Shown here: positions 25,727-33,858 of the stretch, one piece after another
Layout of the letters: every line of letters starts with the position of its first letter
How positions within the stretch are numbered: position 1 is the stretch's first letter
Origin: a bacterium
GTDB lineage: Bacteria > Patescibacteriota > Patescibacteriia > JAGPKW01
Assembly (NCBI GenBank): GCA_021780535.1
Contig: JAJXYN010000012.1
Span: 69,688-133,687, forward strand
DNA: 64,000 bases
Reading direction: 5' to 3'
The notes under the pieces: generated by a model
What the model was told of the DNA's origin: nothing
Seen by the model: the letters and a program-made list of their open reading frames with translations, nothing else
Database searches by the model: none
Program-made: the position numbers and the translations under genes

Positions 25727-25972
25727 TAATCAAAATAGGATTTAAAAAATCTTATAGAAAGGAATAAATTTAAATAAAAAATTAAATAAAAAGTCAGTAA
25801 TCTCTTATAAATTAACTAATTAAATAATGAATAATGAAAATAATCTAAAAAGTTATATATTTTATTCTAATTGGAAAAAGAATAAAACTATTTTTAGAAA
25901 AATAAAAATAAAATTAATAGTTCTTTTTTATAGAATAAAAAGAAATTTTTTTAATAAATTAATCAAAACAAC

Positions 25973-26167
25973 ATGAATATAAAATTTATAAGCTCTATAT
26001 TAGAGTCTTTTTCTGATATCTTAGACGGTGATTTTTTGGTAGATGATAACTTTATTTTTATAGAAAAGCAGTTATCAAATGAAGAAAATAAAAGTGTTTT
26101 ATTTAAATTTGATCATGAGGGTAAACTCATAGAGACAAGAGTAAAAGATTTTAAGGAAATTTACTAA
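25973..26167 (+). CDS. hypothetical protein (64 aa)
   Basis: ORF only. Confidence 0.35.
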   Translation: MNIKFISSILESFSDILDGDFLVDDNFIFIEKQLSNEENKSVLFKFDHEGKLIETRVKDFKEIY

Positions 26168-26184
26168 ATAATTAGATATTTATA

Positions 26185-26916
26185 ATGGAAAATAGTGGTT
26201 GGATAAAACTTCATAGAAAAATAGAAGAAAACTGGATATTTCAAGAAAAAAGAGTTTTCAGTAAATTTGAAGCTTGGCTACATTTTTTATTAAGAGCAAA
26301 CCATAAAGATAATAGAATATCACTCGGAAATGAAATAATAGAAATCAAACAAGGAAGTTTTATCACATCAGAAATTAAATTAATGAATCTTTTTAATTGG
26401 TCAAAGACTAAAATCAGATCTTTTTTAGAAGTCTTAGAAAAAGAAAAAATGATTATTAAAAAATCTGATACAAAAAAGACCACTATTTCCATTGTAAATT
26501 ATAATATTTACCAGAATTTAGAAACCACAAAAAAACCAAACAAAAACCAAAACAAAACTATAACAGAACCACAAAAAGACACAGACGAAGAATTTAAAAA
26601 TGAAAAGAATTATATAAATAACGATAATAGAAATTTTAAAAAATTTTCAGAAGATGAATTATTTAAAATAGATTATCTTTTAGAAAAAATAGGAAGTGAA
26701 AAAGAAAAACAAACTCTACTCGCAATAGCTTATCAATTAGGAATAAATTGGTTAGAAACTAGAATACCTTTTATTTTAGAAGATAGAGCAAATATAAATA
26801 ATATAGGTGCATATATTATGACTTTGGCTAAAAAAGATGGTTATGTACCAAAAAAGATAACAAAAAATAATTTTAGAGAAATGAAAAATATGATAATGGA
26901 AAAATTATCAATCTAA
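26185..26916 (+). CDS. phage/plasmid replication initiator-like protein (winged-helix N-terminal domain)
   Basis: N-terminus MENSGWIKLHRKIEENWIFQ...AWLHFLLRANHKDN...IKQGSFITSEIKL...WSKTKIRSFLEVLEKEKMI resembles the conserved GWIKLHRK...LLL.ANHKD N-terminus of a replication-protein family from Firmicutes phages and plasmids. Recalled from memory, not searched. Confidence 0.45.
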   Translation: MENSGWIKLHRKIEENWIFQEKRVFSKFEAWLHFLLRANHKDNRISLGNEIIEIKQGSFITSEIKLMNLFNWSKTKIRSFLEVLEKEKMIIKKSDTKKTTISIVNYNIYQNLETTKKPNKNQNKTITEPQKDTDEEFKNEKNYINNDNRNFKKFSEDELFKIDYLLEKIGSEKEKQTLLAIAYQLGINWLETRIPFILEDRANINNIGAYIMTLAKKDGYVPKKITKNNFREMKNMIMEKLSI

Positions 26917-26933
26917 AAAATCCAATAAAGACA

Positions 26934-27815
26934 ATGTCTAAAACAAGTTTTATACAAGTACCAGAAGAAATAACAGAAAAATATTATAACAATTTGCAAT
27001 CAGCAGATAGATTTATAATACCAAGAATGAGATTTAAAAAGACAATATTATCGAGACAATTTATAAAAGGATTAAAACAAAAAACTTATTTAAAACAAAT
27101 ATCAGAAATATGGAAAGAATTCACAAAAGAGCAAAAACAAGCATGGAAAAATGTGGATTCTAGGAAATACCCTCATGGTTGGAGAATGTTTGTAACTGAT
27201 CAAAGTTTAAGAATAAAGCTAGGACTTACCGGAATAGTAACGCCTAATATTTATCATCAAGACTTGGTTGGTAAAATTCAAATACAATCGCCAGCACAAG
27301 AAATAAAATTAATTCAATTACATCCAAATAGTTATTGGATAAGTAAAAAAGTAAAAGGTTCAAAAAACATGTACGAGCCTGTGAAGATTGAAGAATATTT
27401 ATCTTTACCTTTAAAAATAGGGATAAGTTATAAATCAAATTTAGAAGTAACCGGCGAAGGAGCTTTTGCAAAATATTTCGTACGAATAAGGCATTTATAT
27501 CAAGGCAGAAATTTATTTACAGATGTAAGTATAGATATGCTTGCAAATACAGATTGGACATATAAAGAAGCTCAAAATACTTTCATGTTAGGTCAAGCAA
27601 TTTCTTATGATTTATATATTCATTTATACAAAGTAAAAGGAGAATTATTATTTGATAATTTAAAAGCTATTCATTCAGGAAGTAATTGGGCAAGAGATCA
27701 ATATTGTAAAAAGATAGAAAGAACATACACGAGAGGATTTTATCAAATACCAGAACATTGGTCGCCAGTGATAATCTCTCAAGGTGCTGATTATAAATCA
27801 ATTTATCCTATTTAA
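26934..27815 (+). CDS. hypothetical protein (293 aa)
   Basis: ORF tightly packed with its neighbours. Confidence 0.5.
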   Translation: MSKTSFIQVPEEITEKYYNNLQSADRFIIPRMRFKKTILSRQFIKGLKQKTYLKQISEIWKEFTKEQKQAWKNVDSRKYPHGWRMFVTDQSLRIKLGLTGIVTPNIYHQDLVGKIQIQSPAQEIKLIQLHPNSYWISKKVKGSKNMYEPVKIEEYLSLPLKIGISYKSNLEVTGEGAFAKYFVRIRHLYQGRNLFTDVSIDMLANTDWTYKEAQNTFMLGQAISYDLYIHLYKVKGELLFDNLKAIHSGSNWARDQYCKKIERTYTRGFYQIPEHWSPVIISQGADYKSIYPI

Positions 27816-27823
27816 TTAAAAAT

Positions 27824-28645
27824 ATGTCAGATTTTCCAAATACAATTTATAACCCAAGAGCAAAAGAAAATATTTATGGTGTTGTTTTTGATACAGCAAA
27901 TAAAAAGATGGCTTATGCGGAAGATTTTCAATTTTTAGATAATGAGGTTGTCGCTATTGAAAATGAGTTAGGAATAAATATAAAAGGCGTTTATCTAACT
28001 TTGAGAGAAAGAATAGAAAAAATGGAAATTGATATTTTTTTAGCAAATGATACTTTAGAGCCAAAAGCAAATAAATTTGAAATAGTAGATTTCTCAAATT
28101 TTACAGCAAGTAAAGTAGGTTCAGGTTCTAATATTAAAACGTGTTTTAGATTAAAACTTGCAACAGGAACTACAATAAACAGCAATGCAATAGCATATTT
28201 AAAATATTATAATTACGGGAATGCAGAATTTAGTTTTGATGAGAGTTTTCGTTTAATATTTTTTATAACTCAAATTTCAGGCGTTTTAAACGCTAATACT
28301 TTCTTAAAGGTAGATAATGACATAAATCCAGTAAATCCATCTAGCAAGGCCATAGGATTCAAATTAAATGGGTATAAATTGTTTGGCATTATTCACAATG
28401 GTACAAGTCTTCAAGAAATTGATTTGACTAAAAACCTTAATGCAAATGGAAAATTTAAACTAGAAATAAAATTTTTTATGTATAGTAAAATTGAATTTTA
28501 TGTAAATGATGTTAAGAGAGGCGAAAGTCAAAATATTCCTAATAGCTCAATGACTAATTCTAATATTTCAGTAAGTGTTGCAAATAATGCAGTTGCTAGT
28601 AATCAAGAAATTGCAGTGGGAAAAATATATTTAAGTGCTATATAA
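27824..28645 (+). CDS. hypothetical protein (273 aa), paralog of the next gene
   Basis: Shares the C-terminal block KIEFYVNDVKRG with 28651-29454 (IEFYVNDLLLA). Confidence 0.5.
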   Translation: MSDFPNTIYNPRAKENIYGVVFDTANKKMAYAEDFQFLDNEVVAIENELGINIKGVYLTLRERIEKMEIDIFLANDTLEPKANKFEIVDFSNFTASKVGSGSNIKTCFRLKLATGTTINSNAIAYLKYYNYGNAEFSFDESFRLIFFITQISGVLNANTFLKVDNDINPVNPSSKAIGFKLNGYKLFGIIHNGTSLQEIDLTKNLNANGKFKLEIKFFMYSKIEFYVNDVKRGESQNIPNSSMTNSNISVSVANNAVASNQEIAVGKIYLSAI

Positions 28646-28650
28646 AAAAT

Positions 28651-29454
28651 ATGAGTATAGAAAATTGGTGTAATTTACCAAAATCACAAATTGATAATGA
28701 AACAATAGAAAATGCTATAAAAAGATTAATACAAGCACATTGCAATGATGTTAATGCACATTTGGAAGATGGTCAGAGCTTACACTCTCATAAAGCAAGT
28801 GAGGTTATAGATCATTTAGCATTTTCAATAGTGTCAGACAAAATTCAACAAGGAGCTATAAAATTCTATCAAGTTGAAGATAATTTGAGGGTTAAATATA
28901 CTCCACCGCTTGAAAGTATGGATGGTTGGAATTCGTATGGTGTTAATTTAACTTTGGGTGGTTTTTCCATGTATCAAGCTAATTTGCAGAATGTTTTATA
29001 TTATGCGATGACTTCCGGAATAGTTCCATTGAATTGGGAAAAGAATTTTACTTTTTCATTTCTTTGTAAAATTGGAGATACTACAAACTGTGTTGCTTAT
29101 GCTCTTGCTGGTGATGTTATGTATGATTCAGAAGATCAAGGAATTGGTTTTAAATTCATGAATAATAAAGTTTATACAACGCATGTAAGTATGATTAATG
29201 ATGTTCTTACTGAATTTTTAACTGAAATAAATGTTCAAAATAAAAATAGTTTTAATTTATATAGAGTTGAATTTGTTGCAGGTCAAAAAATTGAATTTTA
29301 TGTAAATGATCTTTTACTTGCTACACATACAATAAATTTTCCAAGTCAGTATTATTGTCACGGAATTATATTTTGTTTCAATATAAAGAATGTAAAAGTT
29401 GGATATGGTGCAATGTATGAAGTTGGGCAATTATATTTTGCTCAAGATAAATAA
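28651..29454 (+). CDS. hypothetical protein (267 aa), paralog of the previous gene
   Basis: Shared IEFYVND block. Confidence 0.5.
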   Translation: MSIENWCNLPKSQIDNETIENAIKRLIQAHCNDVNAHLEDGQSLHSHKASEVIDHLAFSIVSDKIQQGAIKFYQVEDNLRVKYTPPLESMDGWNSYGVNLTLGGFSMYQANLQNVLYYAMTSGIVPLNWEKNFTFSFLCKIGDTTNCVAYALAGDVMYDSEDQGIGFKFMNNKVYTTHVSMINDVLTEFLTEINVQNKNSFNLYRVEFVAGQKIEFYVNDLLLATHTINFPSQYYCHGIIFCFNIKNVKVGYGAMYEVGQLYFAQDK

Positions 29455-29469
29455 TTAATAAAAATAATA

Positions 29470-29904
29470 ATGGAAATAGCTGAAATAATAACAGGGAAGG
29501 AATATCCTGAAAAAGTTATACCGATGATAGAAAATTGTAAAAAATCTATAGATATAGTTGTATTTGATTGGCGATGGTATCCGGATCAAATAGGGTCTAG
29601 TATTCAAAGATTTAATAATGCAATTGTTAAAAAAGGAAATACTGGAAAGCAAATAAGGGCAATAACAAATACAAAAGAAATTTCAAATGTTTTAATTCAA
29701 GGAAATATAAAAGCAAAAATATGGAAATCAAAAAGATTATTACATACAAAATTAATGATGATAGATGATGAAATTGCAATAATAGGAAGTCATAATTATA
29801 CATTAAATGCTTTTACAATAAATCAAGAAGTTTCTTTAATTATCAAGCAGAAACAAGTTTTAGAAAAATTAAAATTATATTTTGAAAATTTATGGCAGTT
29901 ATAA
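29470..29904 (+). CDS. phospholipase D-family (single HKD) Nuc-like endonuclease
   Basis: HTKLMMIDDEIAIIGSHN matches HxK(x4)D(x6)GSxN. The ~144-aa size is typical of dimeric Nuc-type PLD nucleases. Confidence 0.7.
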   Translation: MEIAEIITGKEYPEKVIPMIENCKKSIDIVVFDWRWYPDQIGSSIQRFNNAIVKKGNTGKQIRAITNTKEISNVLIQGNIKAKIWKSKRLLHTKLMMIDDEIAIIGSHNYTLNAFTINQEVSLIIKQKQVLEKLKLYFENLWQL

Positions 29905-30254
29905 AGCCAATACAGGAAGTTAAATCTTTAAATATTAAAAATAAATTAGGTACTTCATCTAATTTTGGTCAATTAACATTTGGTGAGACTAGATTTGGTC
30001 AATTTAAAAGTGAATATGGAATATATCAACAAAGAAGAAAAAGAAAAATTAAAATAACGATAAAAACTAAATTCTACTTACCAAAAAATCCAAAAACAGA
30101 AAGACAAATGATAAACCGATTAAAATTTAAAGAAGCAGTAAAAAAATGGCAAAATTTGACAAATAATGAGAAAGAAAAATATAATATAAGTACAAAATAT
30201 AAAAACTTATCAGGATATAATTTATTTATTAAACTAACTTTACTATCTAATTAA
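29892..30254 (+). CDS. hypothetical basic protein (120 aa)
   Basis: ORF overlapping the upstream gene by 13 nt. Confidence 0.4.
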   Translation: MAVIKPIQEVKSLNIKNKLGTSSNFGQLTFGETRFGQFKSEYGIYQQRRKRKIKITIKTKFYLPKNPKTERQMINRLKFKEAVKKWQNLTNNEKEKYNISTKYKNLSGYNLFIKLTLLSN

Positions 30255-30306
30255 AGAGTCGAGTAAAAGCAAAACATTTTATTAAATAGTTTAAAAATAA
30301 AAATAT

Positions 30307-30882
30307 ATGCCAAAAGTTTCAGGGCCATTAATGTCTATGGACGCTAGTGGTAAACTCGGAAATTCAATTGTGTTTGGTAAATGGAAAGGTCAACATACAG
30401 TTAGAAGTTATGTAAAACCAGCAAATCCAAAAAAACCAGAGCAAGGTGATGTTAGACTTATATTAGGTGGACTTGGTAGGGCTTGTGGTTTTGTAGCAAA
30501 AGATAAAGGTTATCATACAAAATTGTTAGCTTTAAATATTATTCCATCATCTCAAAGTAAACAATCTTTTTTAGTTAAATACTTCAAAGATTTATTTATA
30601 AATGGAAGTGGAACAGTAATGAATACTAATTACGATGATCTTTTACTAGAGTTACAAGCACATACTGCTTATGCTGATTTTAATACAAAAGCTGTATCAA
30701 TAGGAATATCAGATTTTAGTTTGAGTTATGCTAGTTTAGCACCATTTGAAAAAGCTCTTTGTCTTTATATATTAGCAAAAGGCGCAATTTCTTTGGGATT
30801 TACAGGAACACCTTACACAAAATCACTTGCAACTTGGACATCAACAGATATTCAATCTTTGATAGTAGATTTACAAGGTTAA
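30307..30882 (+). CDS. hypothetical protein (191 aa)
   Basis: ORF followed by a hairpin. Confidence 0.45.
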   Translation: MPKVSGPLMSMDASGKLGNSIVFGKWKGQHTVRSYVKPANPKKPEQGDVRLILGGLGRACGFVAKDKGYHTKLLALNIIPSSQSKQSFLVKYFKDLFINGSGTVMNTNYDDLLLELQAHTAYADFNTKAVSIGISDFSLSYASLAPFEKALCLYILAKGAISLGFTGTPYTKSLATWTSTDIQSLIVDLQG

Positions 30883-30916
30883 AAATAGGAGGTCTCATTT
30901 TATATGAGGCCTCTTA

Positions 30917-31990
30917 CGATTAAAAAAATTCAAAATACAATTTAAACCACCCACGATAAACTCAATAACAAACCTTTATCGGTTCAGAAATGCTATTTAA
31001 CTTTAACTTGATAAAGTCTTATACAAAGTATGAAGTACGCTCGCTAAATTTTTTATTCCGGAGTACCTCCATAAAAAAATAAGCTCGCTGATGAACGTTT
31101 ATCTATAATCAACGTTTTTTATCTAGTCCATCCCGCTCCTTTCTTATTAATGTTCGCAGTAGCTCACATAAATAAGAAATCCGCTAGCTAAAATTGCCCA
31201 TAATTTTTTGAGTACAAAAAAATAGGCAATTTCTCTGCTAATAAACTTCAGTTTGCAAAATAGACAAGTGCTAACCCGTAAAATTTTTATAAATCTTCGT
31301 AGTAACTACGATTAATAAAAAATTTTACTCACTGCATCACATTATTTTTATGTTCCGCTATCGCTACACATAAAAATAAGTGATTTATGAAAATTAAAAA
31401 GTAAGAAGTGCTAACCCGGAAAAAAATAATAAACTAAGGTTAAAAAATCCGGTGAACGTAACGGTGCTCGCATAACAAGACATTTTGCGACACCTCGCTA
31501 CGTGATTGCTAGTTTAAAAGCACATCTAAAGAACCGCTCGCCGCTCGCAAAATGCTATGTTATGCGACACCTATACAGACCATCACGTTTATTGCCCCGG
31601 ACTTTTTAGAAAATTAATCTATTTTTTTCCTAACTTCCGTAATCCTGCTATAACGTGCATCTCGTTTCGCCCTCTGCAAACTATAAACAGTCCATCACGT
31701 AAGTGCTTCGGGCGACCAAAAAACAACGATAAAAAGCGTAAATACAACGCAAAACAAGTCTTAAAAAACAAAACAAAATTTAAAATAAAAATAAAGCCTT
31801 CCGATTATGATAAGAAACGGAATGCCTCTAAGGATTTACTCATAGACTATTTTAGATAAAAAAAGCCTATAAACAATATTTTAAAAAAATAAAAACTTTA
31901 AAAATTAGCCATTTTTAATAAAACAAAAAAGCATAAAAGCTTTATATTTTTTTGCTATTTATAAAATACTTTTAGTGTTTTGGTTTTATA
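30917..31990. other. ~1-kb non-coding, GC-enriched, repeat-laden region (candidate origin/iteron array, att/regulatory region or structured RNA)
   Basis: No convincing ORF in any frame. Local GC is far above the window background (stretches near 50%). Several short direct repeats and a 15-bp palindrome are present; see the findings for details. Confidence 0.5.
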
Positions 31991-32015
31991 AAATAACAGC
32001 GTAATTACAATATAA

Positions 32016-32639
32016 ATGGAAATAAATAAAAGATATAAACAAAATATATTAATACCAGATCAATTTTTGACCCAGAACGAAGTTGGGTGCTTGTTGAAAT
32101 CCATAGATACAAGAACATTTTTAGGAAAAAGAGATAAAGTAATTCTGTTGTTATTTTTAAATACAGGACTTAGAAAAAATGAATTATTAAGTTTGAATAT
32201 AGAAAACTATAAAAAAGAAAATAATGATTATTGGTTAGAATTCAAAGCAAAAGGCGGACAAATACATATACAAAATATATCTCAAATAGAAGTTATAAAA
32301 GCCGTAGATTCATATTTAAAATTATGGAAAATAGGAAACAATGAATTAGAGCCTATATTTCAAAGTACTTATGATTGCAAAAATAAGAGTGGCAAAAGAT
32401 TAAGTAAACAGTCATTAGAATTTATGCTTAAAAAATATGGCAAACAAGCAGGAATTCAAAAAAAATTACATATTCATATGTTAAGACATACAGCAGGAAG
32501 TGAATTTTATAGATTAACTCAAAATTTACCTTTAACTCAAATGTTTTTAAGACATAAAAGTATAAATTCAACTCTTATCTATATGCACGCAGACAAAACA
32601 AAAGTAAAAGAAGTTCAAAAATTGATGTTCAAAAATTAG
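32016..32639 (+). CDS. tyrosine recombinase, catalytic-domain-only (207 aa; lacks N-terminal core-binding domain)
   Basis: R...HxxR...Y motifs: GLRKNELLSL, HMLRHTAGSEF and LRHKSINSTLIYMH (Tyr nucleophile). Confidence 0.7.
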   Translation: MEINKRYKQNILIPDQFLTQNEVGCLLKSIDTRTFLGKRDKVILLLFLNTGLRKNELLSLNIENYKKENNDYWLEFKAKGGQIHIQNISQIEVIKAVDSYLKLWKIGNNELEPIFQSTYDCKNKSGKRLSKQSLEFMLKKYGKQAGIQKKLHIHMLRHTAGSEFYRLTQNLPLTQMFLRHKSINSTLIYMHADKTKVKEVQKLMFKN

Positions 32640-32790
32640 AAAAAAATCTCAAAGAAATCATCAAAAAAATACAGGACAAATCTTGAAAAATAACTCAGAT
32701 CAAACTCGAAAAAAATATCAGAAAAAACTTTGAAAAAATATCAAACTAAATATCAATAAAAACCTAAATAAAATATCTAACAAACAAAAG
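32640..32790. repeat. array of short direct repeats (AAAT[A/C]TCA, ~7 copies at ~12-35-nt spacing), arm-type-site-like, downstream of the recombinase gene
   Basis: AAAATCTCA, AAATCATCA, AAATCTTGA, AAATATCAG, AAATATCAAAC, AAATATCAAT and AAATATCTA. Confidence 0.35.
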
Positions 32791-32792
32791 AT

Positions 32793-33212
32793 ATGATTAT
32801 AAAAGATCTAAATAGATTAAATAAAAAAGTAAAAGAATTATGCGAAAAATTTATCAATGAGTGTAAAAACAAAGATATAACTGTAATTATCACAGAAACA
32901 TTTAGAGATAAATCAAGACAAGAACAAGCAGTAATCGAAAATAAAAGCAATGCTCATTTTGGTTACTCATTTCATAATTATGGATTAGCTTTCGATTTTG
33001 CTGTGTTAAATAAAAATAAAGGAATCACTTGGAATGTAAATAAAGATAAAAATTGGTTTATTTGCGGTGAAATCGGTAAGAAACTAGGTCTTTCTTGGGG
33101 TGGTGATTGGAAAATGAAAGATTATTGTCATTTTGAGTTCTATTTTAATATAAATAGAGATGTTTTGCTTAATAAATTATTAAAAGGATTTGATGCTAAT
33201 AAATTAAGTTAA
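32793..33212 (+). CDS. M15-family zinc peptidase (VanY / L-Ala-D-Glu endopeptidase-like), phage endolysin-like
   Basis: SFHNYGLAFDFAV matches the H..G.A.D zinc-ligand pattern, and DYCHFE matches D..H. Confidence 0.7.
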   Translation: MIIKDLNRLNKKVKELCEKFINECKNKDITVIITETFRDKSRQEQAVIENKSNAHFGYSFHNYGLAFDFAVLNKNKGITWNVNKDKNWFICGEIGKKLGLSWGGDWKMKDYCHFEFYFNINRDVLLNKLLKGFDANKLS

Positions 33213-33216
33213 AAAT

Positions 33217-33420
33217 ATGCCAGAAACAAAACAAATTTATCAATCAATGACGATTATGGGCGCTGTTATCGTAATAATTTCTTTTGTTGTTAATAGATTA
33301 AATATTGATATTTCAAATAAAGAAGTTGTTGATGTAGTGAGTGCGGTTTTTGTAATAGGAGGCGCTTTGATTTCTATTATTGGACGAATTAGGGCTAATA
33401 AGAGGATAGGGAAAAAATAA
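33217..33420 (+). CDS. small two-TM membrane protein (holin-like), adjacent to the M15 peptidase
   Basis: 67 aa with two hydrophobic helices and a basic C-terminus. Its start is 4 nt after the peptidase stop. Confidence 0.4.
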   Translation: MPETKQIYQSMTIMGAVIVIISFVVNRLNIDISNKEVVDVVSAVFVIGGALISIIGRIRANKRIGKK

Positions 33421-33858
33421 CAATTATGTTTTATATTAGATAATTATTTATAATTAGGATTTCTTCATCATTTCTTCATTTTGTTTTGCTATAATATTTC
33501 TATTTATTTTTTAAAATATAATTTATGTTTTACTTTATGACTGATAAAAATGAAGTATTAGTTTTTATCAGTGCCGTTATTATATTTATTTTGTCTGTTA
33601 TTGTATATTATAAATTTTTTTATAATAGAAATAAGTAGTTTATAAATTTGTACACTGGTTGATTTTGTTATATTTAAAAGGTATATTATTTAAAATATTT
33701 CAATTAAATAAAAGAATTAATTTAAAATAGCTTGTAAAAAGCTTATTTTGAAAATATTTTTTGTGCACAACCACAAATGCGGTAAAGATGTTATAATTAA
33801 AATATATATTAAGATATAAATTATAACTATTTAATTTTTAAAGAAGTATGTTAAAAGT

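Larger units (their letters stand above)
25973..33640. mobile_element. putative integrative element (prophage/plasmid-like): replication initiator-like protein, unknown proteins including a paralog pair, PLD nuclease, GC-rich repeat region, tyrosine recombinase, M15 peptidase and a two-TM protein
   Basis: Gene content plus co-orientation and tight packing. It begins right after the rpsI terminators and the long inverted repeat. Exact ends are not determined. Confidence 0.4.

Noticed and set aside
31440-31480. RNase P RNA or tmRNA within the GC-rich region (GGTGAACGTAACGGTGCTCGC resembles the RNase P GGUGAAA..GGUGCGG..AGCGCACC block).
   Set aside because: Only a loose local resemblance. The other universally conserved RNase P segments (P4 AGGAAAGUCCGGGCUCC, ACAGAAACCGGCUUA) and the tmRNA tag or acceptor motifs were not found on either strand.
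31557-31859. 100-aa ORF from the six-frame track inside the GC-rich non-coding region.
   Set aside because: Implausible composition (Cys/Pro/Arg/Lys-rich, no SD), and it lies across several short DNA repeats. The region is better explained as non-coding structured or regulatory DNA.
33525-33638. 37-aa hydrophobic micro-ORF after the holin-like gene.
   Set aside because: Plausible second holin or antiholin-like peptide, but with no SD or conservation evidence it is not reported as a feature.
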